Shown here in pieces: positions 44,285-53,438 of a DNA stretch of 61,038 nucleotides (positions are counted from its first letter, which is position 1; each line of letters begins with the position of its first letter). A program made the translations under genes and the position numbers. A model generated the notes under the pieces. It saw nothing but the letters and a program-made list of their open reading frames with translations. It was not told the DNA's origin and did no database searches. The stretch comes from an uncultured Bacilli bacterium (GTDB lineage: Bacteria; Bacillota_I; Bacilli_A; RF39; UBA660), in contig CAKOSA010000004.1 of assembly GCA_934101865.1 (NCBI GenBank), forward strand, positions 1 through 61,038, read 5' to 3'.

Positions 44285-45979
44285 ATGTCTTTTGAAGAAG
44301 AACAAGAACAAGTAGAGAGAATTTATATCGATATGGAAAATAGGTTACTACTTAATATTGCGAAGAAAATTGCAAGGGGAAAGCCTATGGAAATAGATAA
44401 GTGGGATGAGGAAACAGGACAACCAATATATGGTAGCGGTGGAGTAAATGAGTGGCAATTAGAGAGATTAAAGGAACTAAACGGACTTAATAAAGAAAAT
44501 GCCAAAATAATTGCTAGTTACTCTAAAAAGACTGTGGAAGAGATTGAGAAAATATTTGATAGAGCAAGAGAAATAGGAACCGCATCCGATAAGAGAATAT
44601 TGGAAATGGGAGTTAAAGCAGGAATACTCAATGAGATAGATCCGACAGATGAAAGTAAGCAAGTAAAAAAGATAATAAAGCACGCAATTAGAGAAGTTTT
44701 AACAACGTTTAATAAGCAAAATAATAGCCTACTTGCAAGTGCTGGGGAAGAATACAAGGAAATAGTTAATACTGTTTCTTCAAAGGTTTTATCCGGCAAT
44801 AAAACTGTTGGAAGTGCTATTCAAGAGGCGGTTTCAAGATTAGCAGAAAAAGGCTTAACTGGTTTTACTGCACGAAATGGTGCTAAATGGACACCGGAGG
44901 CTTATACTAAAATGATTATGAGGACTAATACCCAAAATACCATAAATAACATTCAAGAAGAAAGATTAGCCCTTGCTGGTAATGACTATATAGAGATAAG
45001 CAAGCATAGTGGTGCTAGACCTAAATGTGCAGATGACCAAGGGCAAATATTTTCATTAAGTGGTAACACTAAACCTATCGTAGATGGGCGAGGTAAAAAG
45101 ATAAATGTAAGAGCGTGGTCTTCATCTTCTTATGGCAAACCGGACGGTATTCTTGGTATTAATTGTGGTCATACAAGATATGCCTTTGTACCTAACTTAT
45201 CCATCCATAGAGAGCCTGAGTTTACCAAGGCCGAAAACGACGCAGAGTATTTAGAGAAACAACAGCAAAGACTGTATGAAAGAAGTATCAGAAAGAAAAA
45301 AAGAGAAATACAAATGCTAGAAGAAATAAAGGCAGATAAAGATTACATAAAAAAGAAAAATAATCAATTAAGGGATTATCGCAAAGAATACATTGGTTTT
45401 CTAAACAAGACAGGACGAACTAGAATAAGTAGTAATGAATGGATAAGAAATAAAAAGACATTTAAAGGGTTGTCAGGGTCCAATAATATTTCAAAAGTTG
45501 CAAAAGACCATTCTAAACATATTTTATTAGAAAAAATACCGACCAATTCAAAATCGATATCTAAAACAATAAAAAAATATGAAACAATAATAAAAAATGA
45601 TATAATAGAAAACGCAATAGTTATTACTGTCGGTGGTGATGTGTATCAGTGTTTTGGCAATGCAACAAGTGTATATCCTGATATAGATTTAGGAGAAAAA
45701 TTATTTGGAGCAATAGTAACACATAATCATCCAGCCGAAGAAACTAGTTACAGTTTTAGTGAAAATGATATAAAATTATTTGAAAAGTTTAAATTATCAA
45801 AATTGAGAGGTATTGACAATAAATATATTTATGAATTAGACAGAAATAATCCATCTAATCTGGAACCACCAAAATTTGGCGAAGATATTGAGGATAATAG
45901 TTTATATCATTTACAAGCTATTCAGTATGCTATTGATAACAATATTTCTTATAGGAGGTGGAAAAATGACCAAAGATGA
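44285..45979 (+). CDS. Head morphogenesis protein (SPP1 gp7 / MuF family) with C-terminal RadC/JAB-like extension
   Basis: MuF core (RTNTQNTINNIQEE...SKHSGARPKCADDQGQIF), a coiled-coil linker, then about 150 extra aa containing ENAIVI...GAIVTHNHPAEETSYSFSEND. Confidence 0.7.
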   Translation: MSFEEEQEQVERIYIDMENRLLLNIAKKIARGKPMEIDKWDEETGQPIYGSGGVNEWQLERLKELNGLNKENAKIIASYSKKTVEEIEKIFDRAREIGTASDKRILEMGVKAGILNEIDPTDESKQVKKIIKHAIREVLTTFNKQNNSLLASAGEEYKEIVNTVSSKVLSGNKTVGSAIQEAVSRLAEKGLTGFTARNGAKWTPEAYTKMIMRTNTQNTINNIQEERLALAGNDYIEISKHSGARPKCADDQGQIFSLSGNTKPIVDGRGKKINVRAWSSSSYGKPDGILGINCGHTRYAFVPNLSIHREPEFTKAENDAEYLEKQQQRLYERSIRKKKREIQMLEEIKADKDYIKKKNNQLRDYRKEYIGFLNKTGRTRISSNEWIRNKKTFKGLSGSNNISKVAKDHSKHILLEKIPTNSKSISKTIKKYETIIKNDIIENAIVITVGGDVYQCFGNATSVYPDIDLGEKLFGAIVTHNHPAEETSYSFSENDIKLFEKFKLSKLRGIDNKYIYELDRNNPSNLEPPKFGEDIEDNSLYHLQAIQYAIDNNISYRRWKNDQR

Positions 45980-46154
45980 AATAGAACAACAATGGCAGAA
46001 AAGTTTAAGGGAATTTTTAACATATCATAGAGAAAAAGTTAGGGATATGACACAAGAGGAAGAAAAAAAATATGTTAAAGAAAATAAAGTGAACGAAAAG
46101 TTACAACAATTACAAAAGAGTTTTCAAAAAATGTATAAAGACACTCAAAAATAG
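45966..46154 (+). CDS. Hypothetical 62-aa protein
   Basis: ATG at 45966 follows AGGAGG. Overlaps the MuF stop. Followed by a terminator. Confidence 0.45.
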   Translation: MTKDEIEQQWQKSLREFLTYHREKVRDMTQEEEKKYVKENKVNEKLQQLQKSFQKMYKDTQK

Positions 46155-46166
46155 AGTGTTTTTATT
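46141..46166 (+). terminator. Intrinsic terminator inside the late region
   Basis: ACACTC / GAGTGT stem with an 8-nt loop that includes the stop codon, then TTTTATT. Confidence 0.5.
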
Positions 46167-46204
46167 ATGCTATCTTGTAGGTAGCATAGAGTAGAAATAT
46201 ATAT

Positions 46205-46380
46205 CTATTCTATGGTGCTTATAAGCACTGTGTAACCAATACCTATACTACCTTAAAGGTAGTGTGTTGGTGATGTATCACCTTGTTGCGAGGTTTAAGT
46301 ATATGCAACCAGTGGGAAGTTTTACATCACCAATGCAGTATCGTTAAGGTACTACAAGCCAGTAGAAATACTGGTTTTTA
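46205..46380 (+). ncRNA. Candidate structured RNA / regulatory leader between the MuF and scaffold genes
   Basis: Possible promoter TTGTAG-17-TATATA (46175-46203). Perfect 11-bp long-range stem TTGGTGATGTA/TACATCACCAA (46267-77 / 46323-33). Several local hairpins. Terminator CCAGTA-GAAA-TACTGG plus T5 (46359-46380). No ORF. Confidence 0.3.
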
Positions 46381-46462
46381 TTATGTCTTTTACTTAGTTA
46401 GACATTAAAGAGATTAAGGTGTGGGAATTACTTTGTTACCCAAATAAAAAAATGGAGGAAAT

Positions 46463-46990
46463 ATGGAAAACGAAAAAGAACCAGTTACTCAAACTGACGA
46501 CAAAACTGAGGAGACAGTTACAACTACTGTTGAAAAAACAGAACAAGAGCCAAAAACATTTACGCAAGAAGAAGTAAATGCAATGCTAAACAAAGAGAAA
46601 AAGAAAATGCCTAGCAAAGAAGATTTAAAGGCTTTTCGTGAGTGGCAAGAGGCTCAAAAAACGGAAGCTGAAAAGCAAAAAGAGTTAACTCAAAAAATGA
46701 CAGATACTGAAAGTGAAAATACATCTCTAAAACAAGAAATTCAAGTCCTAAAAAGTGGAGTTAATGTTGATGATGTAGACTATATTCTTTTTAAAGTATC
46801 AAAGATGGAAGGTGAATTTGAAGATAACCTAAGGGATTTCTTAAAGAACAATCCTAAATATCTACAAACTAAAAAAGATACAGAGGAAACCACTACTACA
46901 AATGGAACTTCTGTAAAAAAATTAAATGAGGATGCCAATAGTGGTGTAAATGCTATTTTAAAGCAAAAACACCCAGATTTATTTAATTAA
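46463..46990 (+). CDS. Capsid scaffolding protein
   Basis: 175 aa, highly charged and helical (EEVNAMLNKEKKKMPSKEDLKAFREWQEAQK), directly upstream of the capsid gene. Confidence 0.6.
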   Translation: MENEKEPVTQTDDKTEETVTTTVEKTEQEPKTFTQEEVNAMLNKEKKKMPSKEDLKAFREWQEAQKTEAEKQKELTQKMTDTESENTSLKQEIQVLKSGVNVDDVDYILFKVSKMEGEFEDNLRDFLKNNPKYLQTKKDTEETTTTNGTSVKKLNEDANSGVNAILKQKHPDLFN

Positions 46991-47007
46991 GAAAAGGAGT
47001 GATAGAT

Positions 47008-48078
47008 ATGGCTAATCCAATCGGAATAAACGGTTCGCATAACAGAAAAGAAACTTATGCAAACCAAATATTAACAATCGCTAGATTAGAGACTAATCTA
47101 TACGATGATTTCTCAACAGATTATGAAAAAGACCCAGCAACAGGGCAAATAATGGTTCCAACAAGGGACAAAGACGTAACAATCACAGATTACGATATCA
47201 AAAATGGTATTGAACTAACAGTATCAGAAACTGATTACTTACCATTACCAATTGATAAAAATTATGCTTGTAATGAATTAATTGATGGTTACGAGGCACA
47301 AGCAGTACCTGATAATATAAGGGCACAAAGAATTGAAAGTGCTGGTTATTCTTTTGGTAAAAAGAAAGAAGAAATGGCAATAAACGAACTTATGAATGGT
47401 ACTATAAGCACTGATAAAGCCGACCTTACAGAAAGTGACGTTTATAAGAAAATTGTTAAAGAAGTAAAGAATATGAAGAAAAGAGGTATGAAAACCTCAT
47501 TTATGAGAATTGCACTTAGTGCAGATACAGAGGCTTTACTTTTAACTGACGAAAAATTTTCAAATAGTGCTGGTAATTTAGGTGCTGAATTAATCCGTGA
47601 GGGAGTTATTGGTAAGGTTGCTGGTGTAGTAACTAAACCTAACTACTACTTAGATGATGAGGGCATAGATTTTGCTGTTTATGATAAGAGATTTTGTCAA
47701 AAATACGAAGTTTGGAAGAAAGAACCAACTATTGAAGACTTAAAGGACGGAAAACACATTGGTGCTAGTGCTTTACAAGGTAGACAAGTTGGTGGTTTAA
47801 AAGTAACTAATCCACTTGGAGTACAGTTAAAAATAAATTCTAAGAGTAATATTCTTGTGGTATCTTATGATGTTAATGGTGGTACTGGTAGTATAGCCCC
47901 TACTACTTATAAAGGTAGTGCAATAACTTTACCAGATGGTACAGGCTTAACTGGACCTACGGGTAAAACTGTATTTAAAGGTTGGGCAACTGCTAAGTCT
48001 AAGACAGCACCAGACGTAACTAGTCCATATACACCATCAGCAGATACTACTTTATATGCAGTTTGGGCTGCTGAATAG
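47008..48078 (+). CDS. Major capsid protein with C-terminal Listeria-Bacteroides-repeat-like domain
   Basis: AAGGAG RBS. Position after the scaffold gene. The last roughly 70 aa (VVSYDVNGGTGSIAP...TVFKGWATAKS...ADTTLYAVWAAE) match the NGG...F.GW...LYA.W repeat signature. Confidence 0.65.
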   Translation: MANPIGINGSHNRKETYANQILTIARLETNLYDDFSTDYEKDPATGQIMVPTRDKDVTITDYDIKNGIELTVSETDYLPLPIDKNYACNELIDGYEAQAVPDNIRAQRIESAGYSFGKKKEEMAINELMNGTISTDKADLTESDVYKKIVKEVKNMKKRGMKTSFMRIALSADTEALLLTDEKFSNSAGNLGAELIREGVIGKVAGVVTKPNYYLDDEGIDFAVYDKRFCQKYEVWKKEPTIEDLKDGKHIGASALQGRQVGGLKVTNPLGVQLKINSKSNILVVSYDVNGGTGSIAPTTYKGSAITLPDGTGLTGPTGKTVFKGWATAKSKTAPDVTSPYTPSADTTLYAVWAAE

Positions 48079-48099
48079 AATTAGAAAGGAGCATTTTAA

Positions 48100-48468
48100 A
48101 TGATAACGGAAAAAGATTATAAAGATTATTTTGAAGTAGAGAATGTTCCTTCTAATTTTTCAAGATTAGAATTTCTAAGCTTGCAAACTATAAAATCGGT
48201 AATTACAGGAAATGTTCCAACAGATAAGTGTCCATTTTATAATGATTTTAAAAAGGCACTTATGGAACAAATAAATTTCTATGATATAAATAGGGATTTA
48301 ATTACAAATGAAACTACTAGTGGTTATACCTTGGGAAGTTACTCTGAAAGTGCATCCAATAAGGTTTCGACATCTAGTAGTGTTGATAGATTAAGTCCTA
48401 TGACTTATGAAATATTATTAAATATTGGATTGCTACAAAGCCCAATAGGAGGTTGTTGTTATGACTAA
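48100..48468 (+). CDS. Head-tail connector (gp6-like) protein
   Basis: Size and position after the capsid gene only. Confidence 0.4.
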   Translation: MITEKDYKDYFEVENVPSNFSRLEFLSLQTIKSVITGNVPTDKCPFYNDFKKALMEQINFYDINRDLITNETTSGYTLGSYSESASNKVSTSSSVDRLSPMTYEILLNIGLLQSPIGGCCYD

Positions 48469-48592
48469 ATATAAATGTGGTGCATTAATTAAAGAGGTTG
48501 TTAAAGGTGCCGAAAAATGGTATGAAATGGCTGGTTGGAAAAAGATAGTTTCTAAGGAAAAAGGTAAAAACAATGATAAGACCAATTCCTAA
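48461..48592 (+). CDS. Unlisted 43-aa ORF
   Basis: ATG lies 8 nt after AATAGGAGG. Overlaps both neighbouring genes. Below the track cutoff. Confidence 0.3.
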   Translation: MTKYKCGALIKEVVKGAEKWYEMAGWKKIVSKEKGKNNDKTNS

Positions 48593-48908
48593 AAGATTAT
48601 TACCACATAAATGTGTATATAAAGAGTATCAGGGAAACAATGGTGAAAAAGACGAATGGGCAGACGGCACAGGATTATCTTTTGTAAAGATAGAAGAAAA
48701 GTTACAGTTTAAAGTTACTTCCAATGGAAGAGAACTAGTAGGAAATGCTCGAATGTTTTATGACACTGTTAATTCCATAGGTTTAACTAATAAACCTGTT
48801 TCTAATAGTATTATACTTTTTAATAATAAAGAGTATAAGATTGTTGATGCTGATATTTTATATGCTGAAACAGACAAAGAACATCATTACGAGGTACTTT
48901 TAAAGTAA
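48573..48908 (+). CDS. Head closure / head-tail adaptor protein
   Basis: 111 aa. Call rests on position in the head-tail joining cluster. Confidence 0.4.
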   Translation: MIRPIPKRLLPHKCVYKEYQGNNGEKDEWADGTGLSFVKIEEKLQFKVTSNGRELVGNARMFYDTVNSIGLTNKPVSNSIILFNNKEYKIVDADILYAETDKEHHYEVLLK

Positions 48909-49270
48909 TGGCTAAACAATTTAAAAATATGAAGAGTGCCTGTACTTGGCTTAAAAGTGTTGTGGATGCCTGTGCTAATGAGACAAGAGGAAATATCGCT
49001 GAACAAGTCTATAAAGATAGCAACGAATTTACATATAGAGATACCGGAGAAATGTATAAGTCAGGAAGTTTACAGAGTGAATTTGAGGCTGGATACGTAG
49101 TAGAAAGAACTCCTTATGTAAGAAGACGATATTACGAGGGTGGTAAGGCAGGAGCAGGTAATCCCAAAGCAGAGTCAAGGTGGTTTGAAAAAACGTGGGC
49201 TAAGAATAGTGGAGATTATCAAGATATGTGTATATCTGTATTTAAAAGAAAGAAGAGTGGTAAAAATTGA
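48908..49270 (+). CDS. Head-tail joining protein (HK97 gp10-like)
   Basis: 120 aa. Start overlaps the upstream stop (TAATG). Call rests on position. Confidence 0.4.
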   Translation: MAKQFKNMKSACTWLKSVVDACANETRGNIAEQVYKDSNEFTYRDTGEMYKSGSLQSEFEAGYVVERTPYVRRRYYEGGKAGAGNPKAESRWFEKTWAKNSGDYQDMCISVFKRKKSGKN

Positions 49271-49656
49271 ATATAGGAAGTCTTGTTACTATAATAAGGG
49301 AGGAAGTAGAGAAGTGTGATATCAAGTGCTATTCTCCCGATTTACCACATAATGATAATAAATGTTGTGCAATTTCTTTGGGTACAGGAACTAATACCAG
49401 AGCAGTTGGAAAGGATATCCTTTATAGTGATATTCCTTTTTATTTGCTTATACGTGGTACTTCTGATGATAGCGAAACTAGAAATATAGCAGATACTCTT
49501 TTTAATAAGTTAGACCATAGAAATGATTTAGAAAATGATAAACTAGATATTATTTTAATAAGTTGTAGTACACCTAATTATGCGTTTAGAGACGAAAATC
49601 AGAGAATATATTATAACATTAATGCAACGGTAAAAGTTGCGTGGAAGGAGGGCTAA
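49267..49656 (+). CDS. Tail completion / tail terminator-like protein
   Basis: TTG start overlapping the upstream stop. 129 aa. Call rests on position before the major tail gene. Confidence 0.35.
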   Translation: MNIGSLVTIIREEVEKCDIKCYSPDLPHNDNKCCAISLGTGTNTRAVGKDILYSDIPFYLLIRGTSDDSETRNIADTLFNKLDHRNDLENDKLDIILISCSTPNYAFRDENQRIYYNINATVKVAWKEG

Positions 49657-49657
49657 T

Positions 49658-50110
49658 ATGCCAAAATATGATAGTTCTGTAAAACAGTTTAAAGTACAGT
49701 TTGACATTAGCGATAGTGACCAAGCACAGTTTGAAGATGTTATTACCCTTTCTGTTGGTTACGACCAAGGAGAAACATTGGATACTTGGCAAGACCTATA
49801 TAATTTCTTATCTAATAATGTTAAAACTGGACTAGACCCTACGTGGAGTTTGTCCGTTAAGTTGGACAAGTCAAGTGCGGTTTGTCAATTTATCTTAGGT
49901 AAAGAATTTGCCGTAGGTGCTGAGGCAACTGCCAAAACTAAATTAATTAATTTGCTTAAAGGAACAAAAGGTAAAGAGATTAACTTTACTGCTACACTAA
50001 GTAACATAAGTTATGAGGCAACAGCAGAAGAAGTACTTCAAGTAGACTTTGATTTAAAAGTGTATGATAATTCTACATTTACAGAAAAAGACTACACACC
50101 AAGTAGTTAG
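49658..50110 (+). CDS. Major tail protein
   Basis: ATG at 49658 follows AAGGAGGG. About 150 aa, upstream of the chaperone pair and tape measure gene. Confidence 0.5.
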   Translation: MPKYDSSVKQFKVQFDISDSDQAQFEDVITLSVGYDQGETLDTWQDLYNFLSNNVKTGLDPTWSLSVKLDKSSAVCQFILGKEFAVGAEATAKTKLINLLKGTKGKEINFTATLSNISYEATAEEVLQVDFDLKVYDNSTFTEKDYTPSS

Positions 50111-50165
50111 CACGAGGGTAGGCTAAAATGGTCTACCCCTATTTTTTATATAAGGAGGATTTTAA

Positions 50166-50597
50166 ATGATTACTTTAACAAGAAAAAAATATGAAATAGA
50201 GGAGCCTATTCAAGTAAAGGGTGAAGATGGTTCTTTATTAGTTGATTATATGATGAAAATAACACCCGAAGAGAAACTAAAAATAAAAGATATTATCTTT
50301 GATGAAGAAGATGTTAAAAATGGAAGATTAATGGATAAACTCCAAAAAGAAAAAAATACAGAAGAGTTAGAAAAATTGGAAGCAAAGGTTTTAAAAAATG
50401 CCCAAGAAAGGCAAGAGAAGTTCGAAAAAATTGTATTCAAGGAAGAAAGAGAAAATATAAAAGAAAAGGCTGGTCAATCTGTTTATATTGATTTAGTTGA
50501 TATGCTTTTTGATTTTTTCGTAAAAACCTTTGTGGACAAGAAAGCGTCACAGATAAATACTATAACTTCACACCTACGCAAGATTTCAAACAAATAA
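50166..50597 (+). CDS. Tail assembly chaperone (gpG-like)
   Basis: AAGGAGG RBS. Acidic 143-aa protein immediately upstream of a -1-frame ORF and the tape measure gene. Confidence 0.55.
   Translation: MITLTRKKYEIEEPIQVKGEDGSLLVDYMMKITPEEKLKIKDIIFDEEDVKNGRLMDKLQKEKNTEELEKLEAKVLKNAQERQEKFEKIVFKEERENIKEKAGQSVYIDLVDMLFDFFVKTFVDKKASQINTITSHLRKISNK
50513..50519 (+). promoter_or_regulatory. Candidate -1 programmed frameshift slippery heptamer T_TTT_TTC
   Basis: In the zero frame it reads GAT TTT TTC. The -1 frame is open from 50513 through 51157. Confidence 0.45.
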
Positions 50598-50653
50598 ATT
50601 TATTAAAGATAGATGATAAAGAGTACTATCTTAACATTACATTTAAAAACGTT

Positions 50654-51157
50654 ATGAAAATATTTGAATTAATGAAAGTTAGTACTATGGACAATATTAA
50701 AAAGTGTGTAGAACTATTAGGTATAGATAACTTAACCGAGGAAGAACAAGTATTGGTACTGGATGAGGTTTCAAAATATGTCTTTGATATTAATAAAAGA
50801 CACTCTACCGAGAAAAAAACATTTGATTTGAATTTAGACTACAAATATTACTTTGTGGATTTTTTGAATGTTGGTAAAGGTATTAATCTAAATACTGATG
50901 ATGTTCCTTGGTGGGAGTTTGATGCCATTTTAGAGGGTATATTTTTAGATGAAAAATCTGTTACAAATAGAATGCTTAATTATAGGCTTTACGAAAAACC
51001 TCCTAAAAATGTCAAAACACAAGAGGAACAAGAGCATCGTTTCAGAATGAAAATGAAACAAAAATATGCACTACCTGAGCAGATTAATTCAGATAAGGGG
51101 CTGGAAAAATTATGGAACTATGTAGAAAGAAAGGTAGGTGAGAACAATGAATGCTGA
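50654..51157 (+). CDS. gpT-like ORF, probably expressed as a -1 frameshift extension of the chaperone (frame open from 50513)
   Basis: In the -1 frame relative to 50166-50597. No SD before its ATG. Overlaps the tape measure start. Confidence 0.5.
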   Translation: MKIFELMKVSTMDNIKKCVELLGIDNLTEEEQVLVLDEVSKYVFDINKRHSTEKKTFDLNLDYKYYFVDFLNVGKGINLNTDDVPWWEFDAILEGIFLDEKSVTNRMLNYRLYEKPPKNVKTQEEQEHRFRMKMKQKYALPEQINSDKGLEKLWNYVERKVGENNEC

Positions 51158-53438
51158 TGCGGTTGTAAAATTTTTTATAGATTTAAGCAATAAAGATGCC
51201 ATAAAGGGTGTTACACAACTAGAAAAGAAGAGTGAAGCCTTATCGAAGAAGTTTACAAAGACTGGTAAGACACTAACCCTAGGATTAACTACACCACTAC
51301 TTGCTTTTGGTGCTTATGCTAAGAAAACAGCAACAGATTTTGACAAGGCAAGCAATAAAATGCAATCTGCCCTAGATTTAACAACCGATGAATTAAAAAA
51401 TTATGAAAACACGATGAAAAACATCTATAATGCTGGTTATGGTGAGAGTTATGAAGATGTAGCGGATGCCATTTCGCAAGTATCACAACAACTCTATGAG
51501 TTACCAACAGATGAAGTGGAAAAGATAACAAAGAATGCCTTGACTTTACGTGATGTTTTTGGTGTGGAAGTAAACGAAAGTGTAAGAGCCACAAAAGCAC
51601 TTATGACACAATTTGGTACATCAGGTGAGCAAGCCTTTAATTTGATAGCCCAAGGGGCTCAGAATGGTTTGGATTTCTCAGGAGAACTTATTGATAATAT
51701 TAATGAGTATTCGGTACAGTTTAAGAAATTGGGTTTCAATGCAGAGGATATGTTTAACATATTCCAAAGTGGTGCTGATGCCGGAGCGTGGAACTTAGAC
51801 AAGATAGGTGATGCCGTTAAAGAGTTTTCAATTAGAGCAATAGACGGTTCTAATACAACGGCAGACGGATTTAAGAAATTAGGTTTCAATGTTGATGATA
51901 TGGCTAATAAATTTGCGTCTGGTGGAGATACTGCTAAAAATGCTTTCTATCAGGTAATTGACGCTATTAAAGCAATGGATGACCCTGTGGAGCAATCTAT
52001 TGTTGGTGTTGACCTATTTGGTACTATGTGGGAGGATTTAGGACCACAAGTAGTGACACAATTAGGAAGTATTAGGGAGGGCTACAATCAAAATTCTGAT
52101 GCAATGAAGAATATGCAAAACATTAAATTTGATGACCTTGGTAGTATGTTAGAACTATTAAAAAGGCAATTTGGAGATATTGCCTTAGAAGTAGGTAACG
52201 AATTAATGCCAACAGTACAGTCATTCATAGGGAAATTAAGTTCCTTAGTTTCTTGGTTCAAACAACTAGATCCGGAAACAAAGAAAATAATAGGCTCTAT
52301 CGCCAAAGTTTTAGCAGTAGTAGGACCTCTTTTAATAGTAGTAGGAAAGATAATTACTCCAATTACTAAGGTAATAACACTGACAGGTAAAGTGGTAGGT
52401 ACGTTAAGTAAATTATCACCAATATTCAGCGGAATAAAAACGGCTCTTAGTGGTATTATGTTTGTTGCAAAAGCCTTAGGTGCAGTTATAATGGCCAATC
52501 CAATAGTTGCTATAATAACAGGTATTGTTGCCCTAATAGTCCTTTTATATGCAAAATGTGAGTGGTTTAGAAACTTAGTCAATACAATAGTCTTGGGAAT
52601 TGCTACTACTATAAAGACAATAGTAACTGGTATTGCTAGTTTTATTGGAGGAATAATTGGAACCATAGTTGACTATATAAAAAATACAGTTTTATTAATT
52701 GTTGCTATTGTGGCTACGGTCATTGAAACTATTTATAATGTTGTAAGTGGAGTTGCTCTATGGATATATGATAATGTGTTATTACCTATATTCAATTTTT
52801 TTGCAACCATATTTACAGCAATATACAATACTGTTGCTAGTTTTATAGGAACAGTGTTTGCGATATTTGGCACCGTGGCATCGTGGATATATAACAATGT
52901 TTTAGCACCAATATTTAATTTCTTTTATTCTATTTTTAATGGAATATGGAACATTATTTGTGGTGTAGTAGACAAGATAAAAAGTGCCTTTCACACGGTC
53001 GCAAGTGTTGTCAAGAGTGTTTTTAGTAGTGTAAAAAGTTTTATCAGTAACATCTTTGGTACTGTTGGAGGAATAATTAAGACACCTATTAATGGAATAA
53101 TAAGGGGTATTAATGGTGTCCTAGGTACTATGAATAAAATTAAGGTTCCAGACTGGGTACCCGGATTGGGCGGTAAAGGTATTAACTTTAAAATGATACC
53201 ATCGCTTAATGTCGGAACTAACAACGTAAAACACGAAGGATTAGCATATCTACATCAGGGTGAAGCAGTTGTTCCTAAGAAGTATAATCCAGCCGTAGGC
53301 GGTACTAGTAATGCTCCAACTTATGTTACAGTTGTTGCTGATATGGACGTCAATAAGTTTGGAAAGGCATTTGTTAGAGATGTTAAGACTTTTTCAGGTG
53401 GTGCTAAAAATGCCTATAACTATGGAGGTGGTAGGTAA
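51147..53438 (+). CDS. Tail tape measure protein
   Basis: About 760 aa. Helical N-terminal part, a central block of hydrophobic repeats (VASWIYNNVLAPIFNFF...), and canonical position. Confidence 0.85.
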   Translation: MNADAVVKFFIDLSNKDAIKGVTQLEKKSEALSKKFTKTGKTLTLGLTTPLLAFGAYAKKTATDFDKASNKMQSALDLTTDELKNYENTMKNIYNAGYGESYEDVADAISQVSQQLYELPTDEVEKITKNALTLRDVFGVEVNESVRATKALMTQFGTSGEQAFNLIAQGAQNGLDFSGELIDNINEYSVQFKKLGFNAEDMFNIFQSGADAGAWNLDKIGDAVKEFSIRAIDGSNTTADGFKKLGFNVDDMANKFASGGDTAKNAFYQVIDAIKAMDDPVEQSIVGVDLFGTMWEDLGPQVVTQLGSIREGYNQNSDAMKNMQNIKFDDLGSMLELLKRQFGDIALEVGNELMPTVQSFIGKLSSLVSWFKQLDPETKKIIGSIAKVLAVVGPLLIVVGKIITPITKVITLTGKVVGTLSKLSPIFSGIKTALSGIMFVAKALGAVIMANPIVAIITGIVALIVLLYAKCEWFRNLVNTIVLGIATTIKTIVTGIASFIGGIIGTIVDYIKNTVLLIVAIVATVIETIYNVVSGVALWIYDNVLLPIFNFFATIFTAIYNTVASFIGTVFAIFGTVASWIYNNVLAPIFNFFYSIFNGIWNIICGVVDKIKSAFHTVASVVKSVFSSVKSFISNIFGTVGGIIKTPINGIIRGINGVLGTMNKIKVPDWVPGLGGKGINFKMIPSLNVGTNNVKHEGLAYLHQGEAVVPKKYNPAVGGTSNAPTYVTVVADMDVNKFGKAFVRDVKTFSGGAKNAYNYGGGR

